Positions 1 through 9,736 of a stretch of DNA of 64,000 nt are shown here, piece after piece. Position 1 is the first letter of the stretch. Each line of letters opens with the position of its first letter. The stretch lies in contig CAVWCF010000001.1 in assembly GCA_963753435.1 (NCBI GenBank), forward strand, positions 32,001-96,000. Direction: 5' to 3'. Source of the stretch: an uncultured Actinomycetota bacterium. GTDB taxonomy: Bacteria; Actinomycetota; Actinomycetes; CAVWCF01. The notes under the pieces were generated by a model that was not told the DNA's origin, did no database searches, and worked only from the letters and a program-made list of their open reading frames with translations. A program made the position numbers and the translations under genes.

Positions 1-1
1 C

Positions 2-1273
2 CGATTGGCGTCGGCGACAGCCGAATTGCGCACTTTGCCCCCGTTGGTGTTCGCCGGTGAGTGTGACGACCTAACCGCCGCCATGGCGGACGCGGCCCGC
101 GGGCGCGCCTTCGTGCTGCAAGCCGGCGACTGCGCGGAGACGTTCGCCGACGCCCGCGCCAACACCATCCGCGCCAAGCTCAAGACCGTGCTGCAGATGG
201 CCGTTGTGCTCACGTACGGCGCCCAACTGCCGGTAATCAAGATTGGCCGGATGGCCGGCCAGTACGCCAAGCCGCGCTCATCCGCGACCGAGTCGCGGGA
301 CGGAATGGAACTGCCCGCCTACCGCGGCGACATGGTCAACGGCCTTGCCTTCGAGGCGGCCGGACGTACCCCCGATCCGCGGCGCTTGGTCGAGGCCTAC
401 AACCGGGCTGCGGCCACGCTGAACCTGATCCGGGCGTTCACCCAGGGTGGATACGCGGACCTGCGCCAGGTGCACGAGTGGAACAAGGACTTCGTCCGGG
501 ACTCCCCGGTGGGCCAGCGCTACGAACGGCTGGCCACGGACCTTGATCGCGCGCTGGCGTTCATGCACGCCTGCGGTGCGGAACCCGAGGAGTTCCGCCG
601 TGTGGAGTTCTACTCCGGGCACGAAGCATTGCTGTTGGACTACGAACGAGCGCTGACTCGGATCGACTCCCGTAGCGGCCAGCCATACGGGACCTCCGGT
701 CACTTCCTGTGGGTCGGGGAGCGGACGCGGCAACTGGATGGCGCGCACGTCGATTTCGCTGCGAGCGTCCGCAACCCGATCGGAGTGAAGCTGGGCCCGA
801 CAACCACGCCCGAGGACGCCTTGGCGTTGGTGGAGCGGCTGGACCCGCGAATGGAGCCGGGCCGGCTAACCCTCATCTCGCGCATGGGGGCCGACCGGGT
901 CCGGGAGGCGCTGCCCCCGCTGGTGGAGAAGGTCAACGCCTCCGGGCACGAGGTGGTGTGGGTCTGCGACCCGATGCACGGCAACACGTTCGTCACCGCC
1001 GGCGGCCACAAGACCCGGCGTTTCGACGACGTCATGGACGAGGTGCGCGGCTTCTTCGAGGTGCACCGCAGTCTCGGCACCTACCCGGGTGGCCTGCACA
1101 TCGAGTTGACCGGTGACGACGTGACCGAATGCGTCGGCGGTGGCGGGGGTCTGGCCGAGGCGGACCTGACCAACCGATACGAGACGGCATGCGACCCGCG
1201 CCTGAACCGCGAACAGTCGCTGGAGCTGGCGTTCCTGGTCGCCGAGCACCTCTCCGCGCCGTCGACCCCCTGA
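2..1273 (+). CDS. aroG: Class II DAHP synthase (3-deoxy-7-phosphoheptulonate synthase), probably 5'-truncated by the window
   Basis: LPPLVFAGE, QAGDCAE, GRMAGQYAKPRS, WVCDPMHGNT and YETACDPRLN motifs; the frame is open from the window edge. Confidence 0.93.
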   Translation, partial: RLASATAELRTLPPLVFAGECDDLTAAMADAARGRAFVLQAGDCAETFADARANTIRAKLKTVLQMAVVLTYGAQLPVIKIGRMAGQYAKPRSSATESRDGMELPAYRGDMVNGLAFEAAGRTPDPRRLVEAYNRAAATLNLIRAFTQGGYADLRQVHEWNKDFVRDSPVGQRYERLATDLDRALAFMHACGAEPEEFRRVEFYSGHEALLLDYERALTRIDSRSGQPYGTSGHFLWVGERTRQLDGAHVDFAASVRNPIGVKLGPTTTPEDALALVERLDPRMEPGRLTLISRMGADRVREALPPLVEKVNASGHEVVWVCDPMHGNTFVTAGGHKTRRFDDVMDEVRGFFEVHRSLGTYPGGLHIELTGDDVTECVGGGGGLAEADLTNRYETACDPRLNREQSLELAFLVAEHLSAPSTP

Positions 1274-1396
1274 ATGCGCGTTTCTCGCGAATAGGCCGTT
1301 GTTGGGCCATCTCATGGGGTGGGGCGGACGCCGCGATCGGCTGCTGCGTCCGATTCCCGCTAGCGCAGCGACCGCTATTGCGACGAGGCTGGTCAC

Positions 1397-2842
1397 GTGC
1401 CGGAGATGACCCGCTTGGGTGAGGATCCCTCGACCGACGAGGTGCGATTCCGGGCCATCGCTGGTCGCGACGCTCGCTTCGACGGCGTCCTCGTCTATGG
1501 GGTCAAAACGACGGGCGTGTACTGCCGACCGTCCTGTCCGTCGCGGACACCGCGGCCAGAGAACATCCAGTACTTCACGGTGCCGACGGCGGCGGAGGTC
1601 GCCGGGTTTCGACCGTGCCGGCGTTGCCTGCCGCACCAATCGATCCCGGACAGCACGGATCGGCTGGTGCGCTCGGCCACGGAGCTGATCGAGGCCGGTT
1701 TGGTGGACGAGGTCGGTGTGGCCGGAGTGGCTGCCCGGCTATCCGTGTCGCAGCGACACCTGAACCGGTTGCTGCAGGCGCACCTGGGTGTTTCAGTGCA
1801 GGCGCTTGCCCACGCTCGGCGCGCGCAAGCGGCCAGGCTGCTGCTGCAGCAGACCGACTTGGCGATCAGCCAAGTGGCCTACACCGCCGGTTTCGGCTCC
1901 ATCCGGCAGTTCAACGACGCCCTAAAGGCGACGTTCGATCGGACGCCGTCGCAGGTGCGATCCGATGTCGATGGCCAGCGCGAGGGATCAGGGCATCTCC
2001 GGATACGCCTGCGCCTGCAGGCAACGCAGCCGTATGACTTCGGTGCGCTGCTTTCCTGGTACCGCGCCCGCGCGGTGGCGCAGCTGGAGCGGGTGAGCTC
2101 AGACGGGTTCAGCCGCATGATCGTGACCCCGCGCGGCCCGGCCCACGTACGCGCCCACGCCGGCACTGACTCGTGGGTCGTGGACCTGGAACTGCCCGAT
2201 CCGGCTGCTTTGGGATTTGTTGTGGGGCGACTGCGTACCTGGCTGGACCTGGATGCTGACGTGGCGCAGATCGCGCGCGGACTGGCGTCCGACAAGGGCA
2301 TGTCGGCGATGCTGCGACGACGTCCCGGCCTGCGGGTGCCCGTCTGGCCGGACCCTTGGGAAGGGGTGCTGCGGACGGTGCTCGGGCAGCAGGTTTCCGT
2401 GGCCGCGGCCGCTGCTTTGACCGATCGCATCGTCGGCGCCTACGGGTCGGCCGCGGAGCGAAGCGGCGCGCCCACCGATTCCCTCAGCACCTTTCCGACC
2501 CCAGCCGCACTCGTTGATGCCGAACTGCGATTCCTGCCGCGCCGGCGTGCAGAAACGGTCAGGCGACTTTCCGGACTCATCGCCAGCGGAGTGGATCCGG
2601 GCACGGCGGTGGGTCTGGAAGAACTGGGCCAGGTGCCGGGCGTGGGTCCGTGGACGGCGCAGTACTGGCGGCTGCGGGTCCTCGGCGATCCGGACGCGTG
2701 GCCTGGCAGTGACCTGATTCTGCGGCGCGCGGCGAGCGGGCGTGACCCGGACCGTTGGCGGCCGTGGCGTGCCTATGCCGCGCAGCACATTTGGACCAGC
2801 AGCGCGGATGCGAAACGGACCGAACCTCTGGAGGGCTCGTGA
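1397..2842 (+). CDS. alkA: Ada/AlkA fusion: Ada Zn-binding domain, AraC HTH and 3-methyladenine glycosylase II
   Basis: TTGVYCRPSC...RPCRRC Zn motif; AGFGSIRQFND HTH; LGQQVSV, PGVGPWTA (HhH) and WRPWRAYA. Confidence 0.9.
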   Translation: MPEMTRLGEDPSTDEVRFRAIAGRDARFDGVLVYGVKTTGVYCRPSCPSRTPRPENIQYFTVPTAAEVAGFRPCRRCLPHQSIPDSTDRLVRSATELIEAGLVDEVGVAGVAARLSVSQRHLNRLLQAHLGVSVQALAHARRAQAARLLLQQTDLAISQVAYTAGFGSIRQFNDALKATFDRTPSQVRSDVDGQREGSGHLRIRLRLQATQPYDFGALLSWYRARAVAQLERVSSDGFSRMIVTPRGPAHVRAHAGTDSWVVDLELPDPAALGFVVGRLRTWLDLDADVAQIARGLASDKGMSAMLRRRPGLRVPVWPDPWEGVLRTVLGQQVSVAAAAALTDRIVGAYGSAAERSGAPTDSLSTFPTPAALVDAELRFLPRRRAETVRRLSGLIASGVDPGTAVGLEELGQVPGVGPWTAQYWRLRVLGDPDAWPGSDLILRRAASGRDPDRWRPWRAYAAQHIWTSSADAKRTEPLEGS

Positions 2843-3402
2843 CACTGCAGGTAGCTGAACTGATGACGCCAGTCGGACCCCTCACGGTCGCGACCGAGGC
2901 CGGCGTCGTCGTTGCGTCCGGATTCGGCGGCGGCGACGACCTGTTGGATCGCCTGGCTGCGCGCCGCCGCGCACCATCCGAAACCGGTCTTGCCGCTGCG
3001 CCGGCGGCAGGCGAGTTGGTCTCCGTAGCCAAGTCGGTCCCGCCGTCGCAGTTGCCGGGGGGCATCGCCGCTGCGGTAGCGGCCTACTTCGCCGGGGACG
3101 TCGACTCCCTCAGCTCGGTACCGGTCAGCCAGAGCGGAACGCCGTTGCAGGACGGTGTCTGGCAGGTCCTTCGGCTGATACCGGCGGGGCAGACCTGGTC
3201 CTACAGTCAACTGGCGGCAGCCATTGGTCGCCCGGCCGCGGTGCGCGCCGTCGGGCAAGCCTGCGGCGCCAACCTCGTCGCGCCGTTCGTCCCCTGCCAT
3301 CGGGCAGTTCGATCCGACGGCGCACTGGGTGGTTACGCGTACGGGGTGGAGGTAAAGCAGTGGCTACTCACCCATGAGGGCGCAGTCCAACCGGTCGGGT
3401 AG
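2839..3402 (+). CDS. ogt: Methylated-DNA-protein-cysteine S-methyltransferase
   Basis: RAVGQAC..N and the PCHR active site; GTG start overlaps the alkA stop (GTGA). Confidence 0.9.
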   Translation: MTLQVAELMTPVGPLTVATEAGVVVASGFGGGDDLLDRLAARRRAPSETGLAAAPAAGELVSVAKSVPPSQLPGGIAAAVAAYFAGDVDSLSSVPVSQSGTPLQDGVWQVLRLIPAGQTWSYSQLAAAIGRPAAVRAVGQACGANLVAPFVPCHRAVRSDGALGGYAYGVEVKQWLLTHEGAVQPVG

Positions 3403-3442
3403 CAGGGCGAACCAGAATGCGCCGGCCGCGTCGCGCGACTGC

Positions 3443-4489
3443 CTACGCGCTGGTTCCGGCGGTAGCCACCCGCCGCCCCATCATTGGGGCGAATTGCCGA
3501 ACCGTGGCGGCCAGATCCCTTAGGTCGGCCCCTTCCAGGGCCTGAGCGCCGTCCACCAACGCAACGTCGGGATGGGGGTGCACATCCACTAGCAGGCCAT
3601 CCGCGCCGACTGCGATCGCGGCCCGCGACAGCGGCACCACCAGGTCGCGGCGGCCGCCGGCGTGGGACGGGTCCACCATCACCGGCAGGTGCGAAAGCGC
3701 GTGGGCGACAGGTACCGCGGACACGTCCAGCGTGTTCCGGGTCGCCGTCTCGAAAGTTCGAATGCCCCGCTCGCAGAGCACCACGTCCAGGTTCCCCCGC
3801 TGCGCGATGTACTCCGCAGCCATCAGCCATTCCTCGATGGTCGACGTCATGCCGCGCTTCAGCAGGACGGGTTTTCCGGACTCGCCGGCGGCCTGCAGCA
3901 GCGCGAAGTTCTGCGCGTTGCGGGTGCCGATCTGCAGCATGTCCGCGTACTGCGCCACCAGTGGGACGTCATGGGCGTCCACGACTTCGGTGACGACCGG
4001 CATCCCGGTTCGATCCCGCACCTGCGCGAGGATCTGCAATCCGGCTTCACCGAGGCCCTGGAACGCGTAGGGGCTGGTGCGTGGCTTGTAGGCGCCGCCG
4101 CGCAGGATCGCCGCACCGGCCGCTTGTGCCATCTCGGCTGCCTGCAGGGTTTGTTCGGCCGATTCCACCGCGCACGGTCCGGCGATGAGCGTCAGGGTCC
4201 CCGGCCCGATCGGCACCTGCTGCGCGCCGCTGCCCACATAGACGGTGGTCATCTGCGGGTGGTGCTGCCTACTGACCAACTTGTAGGGCGCGGAGATCCG
4301 CATTACCTCGCTGACACCCGGCATGGCCTGGAGGTTGAGTTCGCCCAGTCGGTCGACGTCGCCAACCAGCCCGACGATCGTCCGCTCGACGCCACGGCTG
4401 ACGAACGCCTCGGCACCAGCCTCGGTGACCCGCTCGACGATCGCGTCGATCAACGCATCGTCGGCGGACGGCTGCATCACGATGACCAT
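3443..4489 (-). CDS. aroF: Type I-beta DAHP synthase with N-terminal ACT/ferredoxin-like regulatory domain
   Basis: IAGPCAVES, RGGAYKPRTS, KPVLLKRG, LCERGIRTFE and VDPSH. Confidence 0.92.
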   Translation of the reverse strand: MVIVMQPSADDALIDAIVERVTEAGAEAFVSRGVERTIVGLVGDVDRLGELNLQAMPGVSEVMRISAPYKLVSRQHHPQMTTVYVGSGAQQVPIGPGTLTLIAGPCAVESAEQTLQAAEMAQAAGAAILRGGAYKPRTSPYAFQGLGEAGLQILAQVRDRTGMPVVTEVVDAHDVPLVAQYADMLQIGTRNAQNFALLQAAGESGKPVLLKRGMTSTIEEWLMAAEYIAQRGNLDVVLCERGIRTFETATRNTLDVSAVPVAHALSHLPVMVDPSHAGGRRDLVVPLSRAAIAVGADGLLVDVHPHPDVALVDGAQALEGADLRDLAATVRQFAPMMGRRVATAGTSA

Positions 4490-4549
4490 TGCGCCCCCTT
4501 CCGGCCCGCAGAAACTACGTGCTGAGCGGCCTGCGGCTGCTTATGGGGT

Positions 4550-6409
4550 CTAGATCGCGGTGATGGTGATGGTGGAGCCCTTGGGCGCCTGAGTGCCGCC
4601 CCCCGGGCTCTGCGTGAGCACGCGATCCAGAATGACGATCGGCGGCTTGTTCACCTTCACGCGGAATCCGGCGGCCTCCAGCGCGGCCGTCGCTTCGGCG
4701 ACCTTTCGGTCCAGCACGTTGGGAACGGCGACCAGCGGTGGACCCTTGCTGATGACCAGCGAAACGGTGCTCCGCTGGTTCACGGACTTGCCGGCGGCCG
4801 GCGACTGCGAGATGACGGAGCCCTTGGCGACGGATTCGCTGAACTGCTCACTGGTCACCTTGGCTGTGAGGTTCTTGTTCTTCAGGGCTGATTCGGCCGC
4901 GGCCCGGGAGGAGCCAACGACGTTGGGCACCTTGACCGGAGGCAGCCCCTTGGAGACGACCAGCGCTACGGGGGTGTCGCGCTTGACCGCCGTCCCGGCG
5001 GCTGGGGCGATGCTGATGATCTGCCCATCCGGAACCGAGTTCGAGAACTCCTCGGTGGTCTCACCGACGATCAGATTGGTTGCGGCCAGTTCCTTTGTGG
5101 CTTCATCCACCGTCTTGCCGGCGAGAGCGGGAACTTCGTAGCGCTCCGGGCCCTTGGAGAACACCAGTTCCACATCGGAACCACGACGAACCTCGGCGCC
5201 AGCGGCGGGGGTGGCGGTTACGACCAGACCGGCGGCGACGGTTTCGCTGTAAACGGGGTCGGCGACCAGTGCGGTCAAGTCCTCCGCGGCCAGCGCGGCT
5301 GCCGCGGACTCCTCGTTGAGCCCGAGCACGGTCGGCACCGCGGTGTACCGGGCCGAGCCGAGGTACCAGGCGGCAGCGCTCAACGCTCCCACCAGAATCA
5401 GGAGCAGCACGACCCAGGGCCAGCGCCGCCGCCGCTTGCGCGGCTCGTCGGCGTTCTGGCTGGCATCCGTGTCGGGCAGCGCCACCACGAGGGTCTGCTG
5501 CATGCCCCCGGCGGCGGCATCTGCCGGAGCCTGCTCGTTGGCAGGCAACTCGGCACGGACCTGGCGCAGCAAACCGAGCAACTCGGCGGCATCGGCCGGC
5601 CGGTCGTCCGGGTCTGGACGGGTCGCCCCGGTGACCAGGGCGTCCACGACCGGCGGGATGCCGGCAACCAGGGAGCTGGGTGCGGGGATGGTCTCGTGCA
5701 CGTGCTGATAGGCGACCGACAGCGGCGTGTCCCCGGTGTAGGGCGGACGGCCGGTCAGCATCTCGAAGAGGACCACGCCGGCGGCGTAGACATCTGAACG
5801 GGAGTCGGCGATGCCCCGGGCCACTTGCTCCGGAGCCAGATACGCCACGGTTCCGATCAGGACACCTTGGGTTGCGGCTGTGGCACTACCGACAGCGCGA
5901 GTCAGCCCGAAGTCGGCCACCTTGACCCGACCATCCTGGGCCAGCAGCACGTTCTCCGGCTTCACGTCGCGGTGGACCAATCCGGCGGCGTGGGCGGCGG
6001 CCAGCCCTTCCAGCGCCGGAATCAGCAGGTCCAACGCCTCGCCGGGGCTGAGGCGGCCCCGCTCGACCAGCAAGTCGCGCAGGGTGCGGCCTTCGACGTA
6101 CTCCATGACCAGGAAGACGCGGCCGTCGCTTTCACCCTGATCGTGAACGGATACGACATGTGGGTGCGACAGCCGGGCCGCAGTCCGGGCTTCGCGCTCA
6201 AAGCGGGCGACAAACTCGGGGTCCTCGGCCAGCGCGGCGTGCAGCACCTTCAAAGCGACGGTGCGATCCAGTCGCTGGTCAGTCGCCGCGTACACGGTTG
6301 CCATACCGCCGCGGGCCACCCGGCGTTCGATTCGATAGCGCCCGTCCAGCAAGGAACCCAGCAGGGGATCCGCGGCCGGGTCCGCCGCGGTACTGGTCGC
6401 AGTCTCCAC
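4550..6409 (-). CDS. pknL: Stk1/PknL-type Ser/Thr kinase with TM helix and about 4 PASTA domains
   Basis: RGGMATVY, HRDVKPEN, DFG and APE; TM WPWVVLLLILVGALSAAAWYL; repeated VP.V.G PASTA units; start at GTG 6409, 6 nt after a TACACT -10 box; pknL name inferred from synteny with aroG/idsA. Confidence 0.88.
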   Translation of the reverse strand: METATSTAADPAADPLLGSLLDGRYRIERRVARGGMATVYAATDQRLDRTVALKVLHAALAEDPEFVARFEREARTAARLSHPHVVSVHDQGESDGRVFLVMEYVEGRTLRDLLVERGRLSPGEALDLLIPALEGLAAAHAAGLVHRDVKPENVLLAQDGRVKVADFGLTRAVGSATAATQGVLIGTVAYLAPEQVARGIADSRSDVYAAGVVLFEMLTGRPPYTGDTPLSVAYQHVHETIPAPSSLVAGIPPVVDALVTGATRPDPDDRPADAAELLGLLRQVRAELPANEQAPADAAAGGMQQTLVVALPDTDASQNADEPRKRRRRWPWVVLLLILVGALSAAAWYLGSARYTAVPTVLGLNEESAAAALAAEDLTALVADPVYSETVAAGLVVTATPAAGAEVRRGSDVELVFSKGPERYEVPALAGKTVDEATKELAATNLIVGETTEEFSNSVPDGQIISIAPAAGTAVKRDTPVALVVSKGLPPVKVPNVVGSSRAAAESALKNKNLTAKVTSEQFSESVAKGSVISQSPAAGKSVNQRSTVSLVISKGPPLVAVPNVLDRKVAEATAALEAAGFRVKVNKPPIVILDRVLTQSPGGGTQAPKGSTITITAI

Positions 6410-6488
6410 GTGCGGAGTGTAGGTCGCAGATTCGTCGCAACCCGGGCGTGACACCCGCGATGCCGATCTCGATTGATCCGGCATCATC

Positions 6489-6827
6489 ATGCCGGTGAGC
6501 CGACTGTCCTACCTCGCCGTGCTGCTGTTCTGCCTGCTCGGCACCGCCTGGCTGGAAGTCGCACTGCGTACCCGGGTGTACCGGCGGTGGCGGCGACTTC
6601 TCGTCACGGTCGCTTGCGCGATGGTTCCGTTCATCGTCTGGGATCTGTATGCCATCGCCCAGAACCATTGGACGTTCGACCCCGAACGCACGACCGGGGT
6701 GCTCCTGCCCGGCGACCTGCCGTTGGATGAGCTGCTCTTCTTCATTGTGATCCCGATCGCTTCGGTGCTGTCGCTGGAAGCGGTGCGCGCGGTCAAGCGC
6801 TGGCCGGCCGGGGATGAGGTCCAGTGA
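6489..6827 (+). CDS. Lycopene cyclase domain protein (heterodimeric CrtYc-type subunit)
   Basis: Small membrane protein with WDLYAI...W.F and LPLDELLFF; next to crtB. Confidence 0.85.
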   Translation: MPVSRLSYLAVLLFCLLGTAWLEVALRTRVYRRWRRLLVTVACAMVPFIVWDLYAIAQNHWTFDPERTTGVLLPGDLPLDELLFFIVIPIASVLSLEAVRAVKRWPAGDEVQ

Positions 6828-7273
6828 CCTACACGCAGATTGCCCTGGTGGCGGTGCTGGCCGCCGGAGCGGTGGACCTGCTGATCCTGCGCACGCGCCT
6901 GCTCGCGCGGCGCGTTTTCTGGGTTTCCTACGCGATCGTGATCGTCTTCCAACTGCTGACCAACGGGATACTCACTGGGTTCGAGATCGTCCGGTACAAC
7001 CCCGACGTAATCCTTGGCTCGGCCAGCCCCAAGTTCATCGGCGACGGCCGGATCGCGTTCGCGCCGGTGGAGGACCTGCTGTTCGGCTTCGCCCTGGTCC
7101 TGACCTCAATGGCCTGGTGGGTGTTCTGGGGTCGTCGGGGACTGCAGCGAGAGCCAATCTCGGGTCCACCTCGCTGGTGGTTGCGTGGTGGCCCGCTCGG
7201 ATCGGCAGATGCGGAGTCAGGGACGGCGGCGAGCCCGGACGGCACGAACCCAGGCGGGACCGGCAACCGCTAG
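6824..7273 (+). CDS. Lycopene cyclase domain protein (CrtYd-type subunit)
   Basis: LTNGILT..IVRYN and APVEDLLFGF; GTGA overlap with the preceding subunit. Confidence 0.85.
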   Translation: MTYTQIALVAVLAAGAVDLLILRTRLLARRVFWVSYAIVIVFQLLTNGILTGFEIVRYNPDVILGSASPKFIGDGRIAFAPVEDLLFGFALVLTSMAWWVFWGRRGLQREPISGPPRWWLRGGPLGSADAESGTAASPDGTNPGGTGNR

Positions 7274-8125
7274 CCGACGACGCATCGGCACGCGGGCTCG
7301 CTGGGTGAACACCTGGTAGTCGATTCGCTCGACTTCGTCGACGATGCCGCAGTAGAGGACTCGCGCTGCTTCGATGCAGGGCCGCGAGGTGGGGTGCAGC
7401 ATCTGGATCCCTGGGCGGGCTGCTTCCTCCAGCCGCCGGACGCGGGCGATCTGAAAGGCCATGAGCGCCCGGAAGCGGTCATCCACGGTGCGCTGCTCCA
7501 GGTCGGCTCGGGTCAGTCCGAACCGCTCCAGGTCCTCCGCCGGCAGATACACACGGCCGCGGACCAGGTCCTCGCCGACATCCCGGCAGAAGTTGGCGAG
7601 TTGAAACGCAACCCCGAGGTCGCGGGCGTGCCCGGCCGCGGCCGGGTCAAGGGGCTCAAGGATCGGGACCATCTGCAGCCCGATGACGGCGGCGGAGCCG
7701 TAGACGTATTCATACAAGTCGTCGTAGGTGGCGTAGTCCGTAGTCGTCAGGTCCATCGCCATCGAATGCAGGAACGCCTCGAAGTGTTCGGTCGGTATCT
7801 CCCAGGTGCGGGCGGTGTGCACCACCGCGCGCGCGACCGGGTCCTCGGAGTGACCGCGGGCGAGGTCGGAAAGGAAGCGATCGCCGAACTCAGCCAACGC
7901 GGCGGCGGCAGCAACGTCGTCACGGTCCATCGCGTCGACGATGTCGTCCGCGTAGCGGGCAAAGCCGTACAAGGCGTGGACGTACGGGCGTTTAGCCGCG
8001 GGCAGCAGCAGGGTGGCCAGGTAGTACGTCTTGCCGTGCTCGGCGTTCAGCTCGCGGCAGCGGGCGTACGAAGCCCGTAGTTCCGGATCGGTGATCCGGG
8101 CGGCGTCCAGTTCCCGGGTGCTCAC
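7217..8125 (-). CDS. crtB: Phytoene synthase
   Basis: HGKTYYLAT, YGFARYADDIVD and FQLANFCRDVGED..RGRVYLP. Confidence 0.95.
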   Translation of the reverse strand: MSTRELDAARITDPELRASYARCRELNAEHGKTYYLATLLLPAAKRPYVHALYGFARYADDIVDAMDRDDVAAAAALAEFGDRFLSDLARGHSEDPVARAVVHTARTWEIPTEHFEAFLHSMAMDLTTTDYATYDDLYEYVYGSAAVIGLQMVPILEPLDPAAAGHARDLGVAFQLANFCRDVGEDLVRGRVYLPAEDLERFGLTRADLEQRTVDDRFRALMAFQIARVRRLEEAARPGIQMLHPTSRPCIEAARVLYCGIVDEVERIDYQVFTQRARVPMRRRLAVAGPAWVRAVRARRRP

Positions 8126-8134
8126 CGGGCGAAA

Positions 8135-9649
8135 CTAGGCAACAACTGCCGGGGTCCGCGCGGCGGGTGCGTCTGGAAGCAGGATTCGGCGAGCGTGCGG
8201 CGGGGCGAAAACCATCGCCAGCATCACCGCGACCGAAACTGCGGCGGCCACACTGTCCGGTAGCGCGACGAAGCCGGCGGTGGTCGCGGAGACGTTGGCG
8301 AGCGTGTAGACGGCCAGTCCGAGCGACAGGCCGACAACCCAGCGGTTCTCGCGCTCGGTCAGGCCGGCGGCGGCCAGAACCGGCAGCACCCAAAGGACGT
8401 ACCAGGGCTGAATGACCGGTCCGAGGAGGACGAGGACACCTAGAGCCAGCGCGAATCCGCGCAGCGGCGTCCGGCGGTCCGGGGTGAAGAGCAGCCAGGC
8501 GATCACCGAAAGTGCGGCCACTGCGCCCAACGTCCGGGTTGTGGCCAGGACAGCGTCGCCACTGGCCCAGCCGAGTAGCTCCACCGGCGCGCCAATGATC
8601 TTTCCGACCGCTGTGCTCGGGGACAGCCAGGTCTCGACCTTCGCCGGCGTGCGGAGGTTGACCAGCCAGTTCTGGCTCAGGCCGGTCGCCCAGCCCAGTA
8701 CCCCGAAGGCGGCAACCGTGACCGTGCCGACCCAGGCCCAGGCGCCGATGCGCCGCGGCCAGGAAGCACCGGAGCCGGCCCACACCAATCCTGCGAACGG
8801 CAGTGCGATCAGCGCCGGGCTCTTGATGGCACCCGCCGCCACGATGAGCAGAACGCCCAACAGCGGCCGGTGGGTCATCACCAGGGCGAACCCGGCCACC
8901 AGCAGCCCGACCATCAAGGCGTCGTTGTGGGCGGCAGTTCCGAAGTGGAAGACGATCAGGGGGTTGAGCGTGGCCAGCCAAACAGCACGGCCCGGATCGG
9001 CGCCGGCGGCCTCGGCCAATCGGGGCAGGAACCAGACCATCAGGGCAACGCCCGCCAGTGCCAGCAACCGGAACGCCAAGAGGGCGGCGGTTGGCTCAGC
9101 GTTGGTGACCGCGTGCACACCACTGGAGATGCCCATCCATAGGGGCCCATACGGCGCCGGCGAACTCGCCCACAGCGGATCGGCGCCATCGGCCAGGTAC
9201 GTCGGCAGGGCGCCAGTGCCGAATAGGTACGGGTCAATGCCCGCGGGCATCAGGCGGCTGTGCGCGATGTAGCTGAAGACATCGCGGCTGAACAGTGCCG
9301 GAGCCAGCAGCAGCGGTGCGGTCCAGACCAAGGCAAGCCAACCGAGCGTGCGCGACTGCGTGACGGATAGCCCCGCTGTGTGCCGGTTGAGTCGCAACCA
9401 GGTCTGCAGCAGCAGGCCCGCGCCGACCACGACTGCGATCTTGGCGGCCACCGAAGCGACGGCCGACCCGCGCAGCGCCGCCAGGAAGGCGTCGTCCGAT
9501 AGTGGCGCAGCCGGGGCCAACCAGCCGATCACCATGGCGCCGAGGGCCATGAGCGTGGTGGCTGCCGCACCGGGCAGGCCGAAACGCGCCAGGGCCGCTG
9601 CGGAGTTCCAGGGCGAGGCGTCAGGCCGGGTCAGGACGGGGGAAGTCAT
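8135..9649 (-). CDS. Polyprenol-phosphomannose-dependent alpha-1,6-mannosyltransferase (MptA/MptB-like, GT-C)
   Basis: Polytopic; LFSRDVFSY, PAPYGPLW, LNPL..HNDALMVGL and QPWY. Confidence 0.85.
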   Translation of the reverse strand: MTSPVLTRPDASPWNSAAALARFGLPGAAATTLMALGAMVIGWLAPAAPLSDDAFLAALRGSAVASVAAKIAVVVGAGLLLQTWLRLNRHTAGLSVTQSRTLGWLALVWTAPLLLAPALFSRDVFSYIAHSRLMPAGIDPYLFGTGALPTYLADGADPLWASSPAPYGPLWMGISSGVHAVTNAEPTAALLAFRLLALAGVALMVWFLPRLAEAAGADPGRAVWLATLNPLIVFHFGTAAHNDALMVGLLVAGFALVMTHRPLLGVLLIVAAGAIKSPALIALPFAGLVWAGSGASWPRRIGAWAWVGTVTVAAFGVLGWATGLSQNWLVNLRTPAKVETWLSPSTAVGKIIGAPVELLGWASGDAVLATTRTLGAVAALSVIAWLLFTPDRRTPLRGFALALGVLVLLGPVIQPWYVLWVLPVLAAAGLTERENRWVVGLSLGLAVYTLANVSATTAGFVALPDSVAAAVSVAVMLAMVFAPPHARRILLPDAPAARTPAVVA

Positions 9650-9736
9650 GCGAGGGCTGAATGGTAGTGATCGGCTCCGCGGAAAGGAAACCGACCGCTG
9701 TAAGACCGACTGGGAATCCGGCTGAGAGCGGGGTGC

